From positions 64,001 to 128,000 of the forward strand of contig JBAXBA010000001.1 of assembly GCA_037142195.1 (NCBI GenBank): a stretch of 64,000 nucleotides of DNA. Reading direction: 5' to 3'. Made by a program: the position numbers and the translations under genes. The DNA comes from Pseudomonadota bacterium (GTDB lineage Bacteria; Bdellovibrionota_B; Oligoflexia; Oligoflexales; CAIMVM01). This document shows positions 18,635 to 27,442 of this stretch, piece by piece (position 1 is the first letter of the stretch; each line of letters opens with the position of its first letter). The notes beneath the pieces were generated by a model that saw only the letters and a list, made by a program, of their open reading frames with translations, was not told the origin of the DNA and searched no databases.

Positions 18635-19393
18635 ATGAAACACTCTCTTTGGATCCATGGTCTCAGCGGTAAAATGGGCCATGAACTACAGACCGCAGTG
18701 AGTTCCAGCGATGATTTTGTATTGGAAGGCGGCTCCGCACTTGACATAACACAGGAAAGCACAAGGGACGGAATTCAAAAGAGCGCGGTCATTGTGGATT
18801 TTTCTTCGCCAAAGGGAACTGAGGCCTTGCTTGCTTATTCCGAGTTGTTTGTTGGAAAAACCATTCTTTTTTGTACGACTGGACTGGATTCCTCAACTCT
18901 TGAAAAGATAAAAAAACTCGGCGCCAACAACAATGTAATGCTAGCTCCCAATACCAGCATCGGTGTTTTTTTATTCGGAAAAATTCTATCCGCCTATGGT
19001 CAAATTTTATTTCAAAATAATTTTGATATTGAAATAGTAGAGACTCATCATCGACATAAAATCGACTCACCCAGCGGCACCGCAAAATTTCTCAGAGCCG
19101 CAGTCGATCCAGATCAAAGCCTATCCCCGCGCTCTGACTATAATGGTGTTAGGAATAAAAGGGATATTGGCATGCATGCGATTCGAGGCGGCGGAGTCGC
19201 TGGGGAACACTCTGTCCGATTTTTGAGTGATTCCGAAGAACTAGAGATCACCCATCGCGCTTTCCAGCGAAGTTTATTCGCTACCGGCGCCTTGGCATTG
19301 GTCCGCATTTTACTAAAGAAAAGCCACGGCTTTTATGACTATGGGGATATTTCCCCCGCAGAAATGCTCAAATCTCTACCTCTGAAAGAATAA
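18635..19393 (+). CDS. dapB: 4-hydroxy-tetrahydrodipicolinate reductase
   Basis: GLSGKMG, VDFSSP, TTG, APNTSIG, ETHHRHKIDSPSGTA, RGGGVAGEH. Confidence 0.93.
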   Translation: MKHSLWIHGLSGKMGHELQTAVSSSDDFVLEGGSALDITQESTRDGIQKSAVIVDFSSPKGTEALLAYSELFVGKTILFCTTGLDSSTLEKIKKLGANNNVMLAPNTSIGVFLFGKILSAYGQILFQNNFDIEIVETHHRHKIDSPSGTAKFLRAAVDPDQSLSPRSDYNGVRNKRDIGMHAIRGGGVAGEHSVRFLSDSEELEITHRAFQRSLFATGALALVRILLKKSHGFYDYGDISPAEMLKSLPLKE

Positions 19394-19465
19394 ATGATGA
19401 CCTATGGGACGTTTATTTTTGTGGTCAACACCGGCTACAATTGGCGCTTCATGGGAAATGAAAAA

Positions 19466-21259
19466 CTACTTCACAAAGCGAATTCTAGCGCCGAGAGTTA
19501 CAACAGAGGTGTGGGCTCCAAACACCATAACTGAGCGCATCTGGACCAGCTTGCTTCCAACCCTTGACACGAGAGTATATTGACCTGGTTCCACATTAAA
19601 AAACATACTCTTAGACATAGAATCTGCTGAGTATTGCCACGCCTTACCTAAACTTCTCGAATTGATGTCATATAACTCGTGGGTCGTTTTGCTAGGGCTA
19701 AGATCTTTAAAACCGCCATCGAAAACTAAAATCGTTCCCTTCGCCCTGTCTTGCAATTGATTGGCAAAACGCCCAAGGTCTTCAGAAAAACCGCGGGGCA
19801 ATAGGGGGACTGCAATGCGGTCGTCTAAAAAATCATCCTGATCTAGGGCATAAAAGGTGTCATCGAATTCACTGGAATGATTAAAGAAGAAAATTTTTGA
19901 ATCCAAGCTGGGTACGGCACCTTTCACAGAAAGCATGCCGCCTTCAGCTGTACCTATGGCCTCCACCAACCCCATAGGCTCGATGTTTGCACCTTCACCG
20001 CCCGAACGAAGAAGAGGCAAGTCGCGCCTATTAGTATAGAGTTCTTCTGGTCCTGGAGGCAAAATTCCCATTTTTAATCGGCCTGAAAAACCTGACACTA
20101 CATCTTTTTGCAGATTGAAAAACAAACCTGGAAAGACATTTTCAACAGCGATGCTATAGACCGTCTTGGTTTTGGCATCTTTTAGAGAAATCGCAATCGT
20201 CCCCGGCTCGACATTAAATAAACAATACTTTCCATTATCACCAAGTTTGGTTTGTCTGACGTCAATCAAACCCAGCTCATTAAAGTAATAGGGACCATTA
20301 GCCTTACTGCCTTCTAGGGTTAAAACAAGATCTGCCCCTTTAGCAAACGTGAATGAGCCACAAAGAGTGCCGTAATTGGCATCAGGTACGATGCCGGTCA
20401 TGATCATCCAAGATCCAAGAGCAAAATCACGATAAGCAAAGAGACGTGCTACTTTGGTGTCGTCATGGGAAGTCGAAACCTCATAATGGGCCGGTACATA
20501 TATGCCGTTGGGGTCTTCCAAGCGAATTTTGATGTCGCTATCAGTCGGTACATCTGAGAGAGTGACGATTCCAGTCGGGTCTGTTTCCGCTACAATATTC
20601 GTGCCTAACACGAAAATTTTCACACCACTGACAGGATATACTCGACCCTCTGATGGAGAGGACCTTTCATCCATAAACTGCAAAGTAATTTGGGTTTGGC
20701 GAAATTCGGCTTTTTCTTCTAATTCGAAAGAAAGATTTTGCTGCCTTTGTTCGGCTAGGGTTTTATAAACCTGCTCTCGAGAGACCGCCAGGCTCACGCG
20801 ATTCTTTCCAGCCCCATAAAATCCTAATATGGGCCCAGGAGTGGTCATATATGGGCCATTGAACTTCAGAGCAGGTTGCGACGCAAGGGGCTCAAAAGTC
20901 CGAAGAGGATCCGTCAGCTGAAGAGTTTTTTTAGAATCCGGATTAGCTTTTAAGGATGGTGCCATTGCTTCTGAGGAAGGCGCTGAAGATGCAAAAAAGG
21001 AGTCTCTTGCACCTTTTATTTCTGATTTACGAGAGGGGTTAAAGGGGTCGTTGGCAAATCTCTCAATTTTAAAGTCGCCCCAATTTTGCTCTTCATAGTC
21101 TCTATGAGACTGGCTAAACTCCACTTGATCGAGGGGGATTTCGGTTCCAAATTTCGCCATGGCTTCTTGGTAGGTTTCAGAGGTCGCGGTCATAGGTAGG
21201 ACGGTCGCCATAAAAATGGCAACTCCATTCGCTAATCTATCCCATCGAAATGAATTCAT
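19466..21259 (-). CDS. Secreted hypothetical protein with beta-sandwich (carboxypeptidase-regulatory/prealbumin-like) segments
   Basis: 597-aa ORF, RBS GAGG, signal-like N-terminus, TDPTG.V.L..VP and two FNVEPG motifs. Confidence 0.65.
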   Translation of the reverse strand: MNSFRWDRLANGVAIFMATVLPMTATSETYQEAMAKFGTEIPLDQVEFSQSHRDYEEQNWGDFKIERFANDPFNPSRKSEIKGARDSFFASSAPSSEAMAPSLKANPDSKKTLQLTDPLRTFEPLASQPALKFNGPYMTTPGPILGFYGAGKNRVSLAVSREQVYKTLAEQRQQNLSFELEEKAEFRQTQITLQFMDERSSPSEGRVYPVSGVKIFVLGTNIVAETDPTGIVTLSDVPTDSDIKIRLEDPNGIYVPAHYEVSTSHDDTKVARLFAYRDFALGSWMIMTGIVPDANYGTLCGSFTFAKGADLVLTLEGSKANGPYYFNELGLIDVRQTKLGDNGKYCLFNVEPGTIAISLKDAKTKTVYSIAVENVFPGLFFNLQKDVVSGFSGRLKMGILPPGPEELYTNRRDLPLLRSGGEGANIEPMGLVEAIGTAEGGMLSVKGAVPSLDSKIFFFNHSSEFDDTFYALDQDDFLDDRIAVPLLPRGFSEDLGRFANQLQDRAKGTILVFDGGFKDLSPSKTTHELYDINSRSLGKAWQYSADSMSKSMFFNVEPGQYTLVSRVGSKLVQMRSVMVFGAHTSVVTLGARIRFVK

Positions 21260-21376
21260 ATGCGACCTCTAGAACGAACTGACACTTTACGGAGGCTAAA
21301 TTTACAACTTAATTCCTAAATTCTAGACTCGTGTATTCTAACAGTTTATCGGCTAGAAGTTTAGATTTTGGTAGGC

Positions 21377-21409
21377 AAAATAGAGTGGGTCTTTCGGCCC
21401 ATCTATTTT
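21377..21409 (-). terminator. Terminator hairpin after yqeY
   Basis: Minus strand reads AAAATAGATGGGCC-GAAA-GACCCACTCTATTTT. Confidence 0.65.
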
Positions 21410-21427
21410 GGCTTTTACAAAAAATCG

Positions 21428-21859
21428 CTAATTCAATACTGATTTTAAGATTTTAGAGACCGTAGATCCGTCGCCAGCTTCACCAAGTTTTGCCATAACA
21501 AGTTTCATCAAGGCCCCAAAATTTCGGTCGGCTGTCGCAGCTAGAACCTCATTTACAGCCTGGCGCGTCTCTACCTCACCTGCCTTTTTCGGTAGATAAA
21601 CTTCTACGAAAGCCATTTCGCTTCGAATTTGTGCTTTCTTAGCTTCATCTGAAAAATCTTCCACAGATTTAGCTAACTTCTTATGGTAGGACTGAATGGC
21701 TTTCAGGCTGTCTTGATCTGTAAGCTCTTTGGCCGCATCGCCTGCAGTTTGAGCATATTGAAGTTCACTTAAAAGCATGCGAATGACAGCGATCTTAGCT
21801 TTTTCTCCAGCCTTCATCGCCACCTTAACATCTTCTTTTAACTGATCTTTTATGCTCAT
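21428..21859 (-). CDS. yqeY: GatB/YqeY domain protein
   Basis: MSIKDQLKEDVKVAMKAGEK....IRML, E...VE.YLPK, FGALMKLVM. Confidence 0.9.
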   Translation of the reverse strand: MSIKDQLKEDVKVAMKAGEKAKIAVIRMLLSELQYAQTAGDAAKELTDQDSLKAIQSYHKKLAKSVEDFSDEAKKAQIRSEMAFVEVYLPKKAGEVETRQAVNEVLAATADRNFGALMKLVMAKLGEAGDGSTVSKILKSVLN

Positions 21860-21871
21860 TTTTGGAGTCCT

Positions 21872-22000
21872 TTATCCCGTATGTGAATCATGACATTTTT
21901 CGGCTTCTACTTTTGTAAAAAACTTACTTTTACATTTGCGGCATACATACTTAGCACCGTCTCTAAAGTATTTCTCTTCTCCACCTTTTGCATCAGCCAT
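21872..22000 (-). CDS. 42-aa zinc-finger-like microprotein (not in the ORF track)
   Basis: Translated by hand: MADAKGGEEKYFRDGAKYVCRKCKSKFFTKVEAEKCHDSHTG*. AAGGAG RBS 5 nt before the ATG; occupies most of the gap between the pyk-like gene and yqeY. Confidence 0.8.
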   Translation of the reverse strand: MADAKGGEEKYFRDGAKYVCRKCKSKFFTKVEAEKCHDSHTG

Positions 22001-22051
22001 AAGTACTCCTTAATAAATGAACTATAAGGAATCATACGCTAAGTGGATTCA

Positions 22052-23470
22052 TTATTGAATCCGTTGAACAGTGAAAAGATTGCTCGCACTTCGTCCCACA
22101 GGAGACAAGGTTACTGTAAGGAATACAATCGAATCTCCAGTTTCCATACCCTCTTTTTGCTTAAGCAGATCATTAACTGCTGGCAACACATCTTCAATTT
22201 TTGGATCGACATGAAGAGCTCGCCCACTTACGCCTCGGATTACTGAAACTCTTCGTCCAATATCTTCATCAAAAGTAACACCAATAATCGGAATATCTGG
22301 ATGATAGCTTCCTAATCGAAGGGCCGTATTTCCAGTTTTTGTGATGCAAACGAGGGCTTTTGCATTCACGCGGCGCGCTGTCTTTAACGCCTCATAAGCA
22401 ACGGCATCTAGTTCATCTTTGATTGCCGGACTCCGTTTCTCCCATGATGTGGGAAGGCTTCCTTCACCTTCGACATTCTGGATCACCACGCAAGCAAGAT
22501 TATAAGCTTTCCGTCCAAACTTTCCTCGACTTACGTCTTCAGAAAGAATCACCCCATCAGCGCCATCGATAACTGCATTGGCAATGTCCGACACTTCTGC
22601 ACGAGTTGGCGTCACATTAAACCGCATCGAACCCAACATTTCTGAGGCCACAAATGCGAGCTTTGCGCTTTCATTACAGCGCCTTACAATTTCCTTAGCA
22701 AGCATAGGAATGGTCATGGGATTTGCTGTTAAAGCTAGCTCTCTTCTAGAAATCACTAAGCCGTCCACAAACTTCAAAGTGTCTTCCATGCGATTCAAAG
22801 CAGAAACGGAATCAATACGTTGGAGAACCCAAGGAGATTTTGGATTATCTTTAGGAAAACGGTCTCGAAATAAGTCCACTTGCGACTTGCTCGCAAAACC
22901 AGGAAACACTACGAAATCAACACCAAAACTCGCAAATTTAGCAATGTCAATGTTTTCCCAAGTCCATTTATCAGTACCATGCCTCGTCTCTGGTACGTGA
23001 AGATCAGATGCAGGTCTAACACTTCCGCCCTGGGTGACTTCAGCCTCTACAAAATCTTTCGTTATGGAAATGGCTTTCATTACGGCATCACCATAACCAA
23101 CAAAAATCGATACATTCTTTTGAAAGAGATCTTCCCATACCGGTGTATCTACATAAAGATCTGCGGCAATTTTTTCTGAATTAGATATTTTAATCTTATC
23201 GCCAAAGTTTAAAACTTTTGGTTCGCTTAAGTTAAATATGCGCCCTCTCGCGGGTGGGGTAATATCCAAAATTACAGGAACTTTTCGTTCCGATTTTTTG
23301 GGATTGAGATTGTCTAAAAACTTATAAGTCTCTTCTAGACAGTTAGGACTAAATTCAAGCCTAATGGCATCAATGGGCTGTTCTTTAATAACATCCAAAA
23401 TTTGACTATTAATTGACCTAGCTTCAATGGACCAAATAACCTTTGTTTTTCTACGTGTGATATCAATCAA
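22052..23470 (-). CDS. Pyruvate kinase-fold protein with substituted active-site motifs
   Basis: RRKTKVI, PTRAEVSDIANAVIDGADGVILS, ITKTGNTA and a C-terminal N.F.V give full PK A/B/C architecture. Confidence 0.85.
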   Translation of the reverse strand: MIDITRRKTKVIWSIEARSINSQILDVIKEQPIDAIRLEFSPNCLEETYKFLDNLNPKKSERKVPVILDITPPARGRIFNLSEPKVLNFGDKIKISNSEKIAADLYVDTPVWEDLFQKNVSIFVGYGDAVMKAISITKDFVEAEVTQGGSVRPASDLHVPETRHGTDKWTWENIDIAKFASFGVDFVVFPGFASKSQVDLFRDRFPKDNPKSPWVLQRIDSVSALNRMEDTLKFVDGLVISRRELALTANPMTIPMLAKEIVRRCNESAKLAFVASEMLGSMRFNVTPTRAEVSDIANAVIDGADGVILSEDVSRGKFGRKAYNLACVVIQNVEGEGSLPTSWEKRSPAIKDELDAVAYEALKTARRVNAKALVCITKTGNTALRLGSYHPDIPIIGVTFDEDIGRRVSVIRGVSGRALHVDPKIEDVLPAVNDLLKQKEGMETGDSIVFLTVTLSPVGRSASNLFTVQRIQ

Positions 23471-23488
23471 AATTTACCCCTATTAAAT

Positions 23489-24346
23489 TTACTGAATCAG
23501 GCTTTGACCATAGTGCACTACTTGCGCCGAATCCACTATTTTAAGTCTATCGATGCCCTGTGTTTTTCTATCAAACACAACTACCGCCGTTGAGCCTAAC
23601 ATAAAAACGCCTAATTCTTCACCTTTCTGAATGGTTATCTTGGAATCTGAAAATACAATTTCTCTCTGGGTGGGGCGAACCTGGCGTGAAGTTGTATTGG
23701 TGACTAAATCTAGGCAGTGTTTCGTGGCAATTCTGCCAACATTTAAGGCGCCCACCATGGCGACATAGACCTTTCCGCCTGACTTTGTTTCAATATCGAA
23801 GACCATGCGTTCATTCGTTGTAAATAGCTTTGGAATGAGTCCGACAAACTGCTCATTAACCGGCCAAAGTTTGCCAGGAATATGTCTGATAGCGGTGAGG
23901 CGGCCTTCCACTGGGGAATGGACGCGATGATAGTTGTGAGGTGCCAAATAAACGGTTTGAAACCAAGCGGGATCGAACGTAGACGGTGATGCCTGATCGC
24001 CAAACACCAATTGTTCTGCGGAATAGGATATTCCTTTTGCTTGAATCGCTTCGCCATTATGAATCGGCAGTGATTTTACCAACATGCCATCCGCCGGGGA
24101 AACAATGTCCGCAACTGCTACTTTTCTAGCGCCTGGCTTCAACTCTCTCGTAAACAAATCTTCAATCGACTCAAAGTCATCTAAGCGATGGGCCGCCTCT
24201 GAAAGGTCTATTTGAAATGTGCTGACAAACTTAGAATTGATCTTTTTTTGCAATACTCCAGGAAATTTGACTCTTGAAACTTTGCCCGTAGCAAGACTCA
24301 ATAAGGACTTAGGTGTCACCGACAAAATATATTTTAGAGGACTCAA
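23489..24346 (-). CDS. psd: Phosphatidylserine decarboxylase proenzyme
   Basis: FTRELKPGAR, VSPADG, QAKG..YS, YLAPHNYHRVHSP, NER, VGALNVG, FMLGST (LGS/T cleavage motif). Confidence 0.95.
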   Translation of the reverse strand: MSPLKYILSVTPKSLLSLATGKVSRVKFPGVLQKKINSKFVSTFQIDLSEAAHRLDDFESIEDLFTRELKPGARKVAVADIVSPADGMLVKSLPIHNGEAIQAKGISYSAEQLVFGDQASPSTFDPAWFQTVYLAPHNYHRVHSPVEGRLTAIRHIPGKLWPVNEQFVGLIPKLFTTNERMVFDIETKSGGKVYVAMVGALNVGRIATKHCLDLVTNTTSRQVRPTQREIVFSDSKITIQKGEELGVFMLGSTAVVVFDRKTQGIDRLKIVDSAQVVHYGQSLIQ

Positions 24347-24547
24347 TTTTCTAATCTCCTGGACAGCGGAATTTTTGCAAAAGCCTAATATGCAACACTA
24401 TGGTTTAAAATCTACACATTTCTTTGGCTGTTTTGGTTGCAAAATGACTCTAAATGACCCCCGAATGTTGGCAGCGGAACCTTCTTTTTTGCAAATATTT
24501 CAATGTTTACGCTGCCTTTCGACCGGTTGGTAGTTGACCAACTGGCC

Positions 24548-24563
24548 TGGCACACATATTGTA
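24548..24563 (+). promoter_or_regulatory. Candidate sigma-54 (-24/-12) promoter
   Basis: TGGCAC-ACATA-TTGTA versus consensus TGGCAC-N5-TTGCW (one mismatch). About 85 nt upstream of the small ORF at 24649. Confidence 0.5.
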
Positions 24564-24648
24564 TGTTTAAAGGCTAAATCGGCTTTTGCTTGAAGTAAAG
24601 CGATGTGCCAACTTCTCACAGCTCAACAACAAAAAGAGGGGAAATCCA

Positions 24649-24831
24649 ATGAAAGCAACTTCCGCGGAAAAAACTCAGCTAAAAAAAATGCCCTTAACGG
24701 ATCGAGTCAAGCAAGACTTAGCAGACAATATCTACCAGACTTTAACTAAGGAAGGCTATGAGGCACGAGACATCATACGCATTTCTAGTGAACTTATTTC
24801 TCTAGTGACCACGGATTTAGAAAAGAATTAA
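24649..24831 (+). CDS. Small helical hypothetical protein (60 aa)
   Basis: RBS GAGGGG before the ATG at 24649. Amphipathic LADNIYQTLTKEGYEARDIIRISSELISLVT. Confidence 0.7.
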   Translation: MKATSAEKTQLKKMPLTDRVKQDLADNIYQTLTKEGYEARDIIRISSELISLVTTDLEKN

Positions 24832-25173
24832 GTTGTCGTTTCTATTATAGGATCTGAATGAGATCTATTTTTAGTTTACTTCAGCTCAAGCATCTGCTTG
24901 GTATTTGTCGCGCTGGCGAGCTAAGATGCTCATGTTTTGTAGGCTTTTCTTTTTGAGGCCTGCCTTATCTAGTTTCTTAAAATGGGTTTTACATAACGGC
25001 AGCAATTTAGAATTGGCGAAAACATACTTGGGAATGTTCTTATGTCCTTGTAACTATCACGCAAAACTGCTGATGTTTCGCGTGGCTTTTTGGGTCATTT
25101 TTTTCCCTTTAAAACCAAATTTCTAAAAGCTAAAAGTACTCTTCATGCTCTACTTAAAAGACGCTTAATTGAT

Positions 25174-26517
25174 TCAATGCAGCGCATTTAAATAATCTGA
25201 AAATACTTCATTAGCTCGTTTAATTTGCAGGGATTTTCGATCGGATTTAGAAGCTTTACGATCAACCTCCACCGGAGCAAGCAGTCCGAGATTTGCGTTC
25301 ATAGGTGCATACTTTCCGAGATTGCCTTTTGTAACATAGACCCAAAGCGCACCCAGCAGGCACTGCGCAGGCAATGCTGGAGCCGTTTTTCCCACTGATT
25401 TCAAAGCCGCAAATCTGCCGGCTAAAAGGCCAATTGCTGCTGACTCGGTGTAGCCTTCCACGCCTGTGATTTGGCCTGCAAGAAAAATTCTTGGGCTGTC
25501 TTTTAGAGAGAGATCTTCAGCTAACAGTTCAGGACCATTTATATAGGTGTTTCTATGAATGGAACCATAACGAAGAATTTCCAAATTTTGCAGTCCAGGT
25601 AGTGTGGAAAAGAGTCGTTTTTGCTCGGGCCATTTCATTTTTGTTTGAAAGCCAACCATGGAATACATGGTTTTTTCAATGTTTTCTTGTCTTAGCTGAA
25701 TCACACCCCAGGGGCGTCTCCCTGTTCGCGGGTTGTCCAAGCCCACAGGCTTCATAGGACCAAAACGCAGGGTTTCGCGACCTCGCTGAATCATCACTTC
25801 GATGGGAAGACACGATTCAAAATAATTCACATCTTCAAATTCATGCAAAGGAACTTTTTCTGCAGCTTCAACACCATCAATAAATTGGTTATATTGCTCT
25901 TTATCCAGGGGAACATTGATGTAATCGCCCTCCCCTTCTCCATAGCGATCAGCTAAATAACAGACTTCCATGTCAATGGAATCAGCAGAGATCACAGGTG
26001 CTATCGCATCATAGAAATAAAGTCGCTTCTTATTTCCTGTGATCCGGTCGATTTCTTGGGCTAAGGCAGGAGACGTCAACGGTCCGGAACATATGATTAA
26101 ATACTCGTTAGCTGAGGCGAGCTCTTTATCACTGGGAAGGTGAGTGACTTCGCCATCCACACGTTTAAACTTAGGATGATTCAAGAGTGCTGATTCAATA
26201 TATTGTGAAAAAACTTCTCGATCGACAGCCAGGGCATTTCCGGCTGGAACTTTGGCAGCGGTTGCGGCCCTAATAATGAGAGAATCCAGTTGACTCATCT
26301 CGAGCTTCAGCTGACCAGGCGCTGAAACTTCGAGAGTAGATTTTAAAGAGTTAGAACAGACGAGTTCTGCTAGCTTTCCTGAGGTGTGTGCACCCGTCAT
26401 TTTTACTGGACGCATCTCATGGAGGATAACATCACAACCGAGCTGCAAAGCTTGCCAAGCAGCTTCACATCCCGCCAAACCACCGCCTATAATTCGAATC
26501 TTAGTTGTAGTAGTCAT
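25174..26517 (-). CDS. trmFO: Folate/FAD-dependent tRNA (uracil-54) methyltransferase
   Basis: Start revised (GGAGG RBS). IIGGGLAGCEAAWQ, AELVCSNS, FYDAIAP, FGPMKPVGL, HRNTYI, AGQITGVEGYTES. Confidence 0.96.
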   Translation of the reverse strand: MTTTTKIRIIGGGLAGCEAAWQALQLGCDVILHEMRPVKMTGAHTSGKLAELVCSNSLKSTLEVSAPGQLKLEMSQLDSLIIRAATAAKVPAGNALAVDREVFSQYIESALLNHPKFKRVDGEVTHLPSDKELASANEYLIICSGPLTSPALAQEIDRITGNKKRLYFYDAIAPVISADSIDMEVCYLADRYGEGEGDYINVPLDKEQYNQFIDGVEAAEKVPLHEFEDVNYFESCLPIEVMIQRGRETLRFGPMKPVGLDNPRTGRRPWGVIQLRQENIEKTMYSMVGFQTKMKWPEQKRLFSTLPGLQNLEILRYGSIHRNTYINGPELLAEDLSLKDSPRIFLAGQITGVEGYTESAAIGLLAGRFAALKSVGKTAPALPAQCLLGALWVYVTKGNLGKYAPMNANLGLLAPVEVDRKASKSDRKSLQIKRANEVFSDYLNALH

Positions 26518-26649
26518 TGCTTTTGCCTCCATAAGGAATTGGCAACTATCACTAAAATAAGCATTACGCCAGCACATTTGCCAAGTTTACTAGAGGTCCC
26601 TATCTTTGGGATGCCACCATTAGTAGCCAGTAACAGGCTCCTAAAGACT

Positions 26650-27441
26650 CTAGCTTGTGGCTGCTTGAGCTCTAGCGACACCGGCTTCCAGCAAACTAAA
26701 ATAGTCGGAAGGCTTTAATGAAGCCCCTCCGATAAGCCCGCCATCAATGTTGGGCATGGCTAAAAGCTCCGCGACATTTCCTGGATTCATACTACCACCA
26801 TATAAAATGCGGATTTTGGCGGCTGACGAGCCGAGGGCTTCTAAAAGCATGCCTCGAATCAATGCGTGGACCTCTTCCGCTTGAGCTGGGGTCGCTGCAA
26901 GCCCAGTGCCGATAGCCCAGACTGGTTCGTAGGCAATCACGACTTGAGGGCTCATATTTTGGGAGCTCAGGAGTGATTTAACCTGACTCTGAATAACCGC
27001 CTGGGTTCTCCCTGCTTTGCGGTCCTCTAGATATTCCCCTATGCAAACAATGGGAGTTAGTCCCACATCAAGGGCCGCAAGCATCCGTTTGTTGACGGAT
27101 TCATCCGTCTCAGCAAAATACTGGCGGCGTTCGCTGTGACCAATAATCGTGAATTTGACTCCCAAGTCCTTTATCATGGCCGGTGACACCTCACCCGTAA
27201 AGGCGCCTTTGGGTTCCCAATGGCAGTTTTGTGCCCCGAGTTCGATCTTAGCGGTACGAGCGGCATCTGACAAAGGGCCCAGCAAAGTGGCTGGGGGACA
27301 GATCACTCCATCGATCATGTCGAGGTGATTTAGATTTTTGGTTTTTTCTGCTAGTTCCTTAAAAAAAGCCATCGCTTCACCTTGAAGCATATTCATTTTC
27401 CAATTGCCAGCAATCATGGGTTTAGTCATTTGCTTATTCAT
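26650..27441 (-). CDS. tpiA: Triosephosphate isomerase
   Basis: [43 protein letters not shown]. Confidence 0.98.
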   Translation of the reverse strand: MNKQMTKPMIAGNWKMNMLQGEAMAFFKELAEKTKNLNHLDMIDGVICPPATLLGPLSDAARTAKIELGAQNCHWEPKGAFTGEVSPAMIKDLGVKFTIIGHSERRQYFAETDESVNKRMLAALDVGLTPIVCIGEYLEDRKAGRTQAVIQSQVKSLLSSQNMSPQVVIAYEPVWAIGTGLAATPAQAEEVHALIRGMLLEALGSSAAKIRILYGGSMNPGNVAELLAMPNIDGGLIGGASLKPSDYFSLLEAGVARAQAATS

Positions 27442-27442
27442 C

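Noticed and set aside
24905..25126. 73-aa ORF in the convergent gap
   Set aside because: TTG start, no RBS, and Phe/Leu-rich composition typical of T-rich non-coding DNA.
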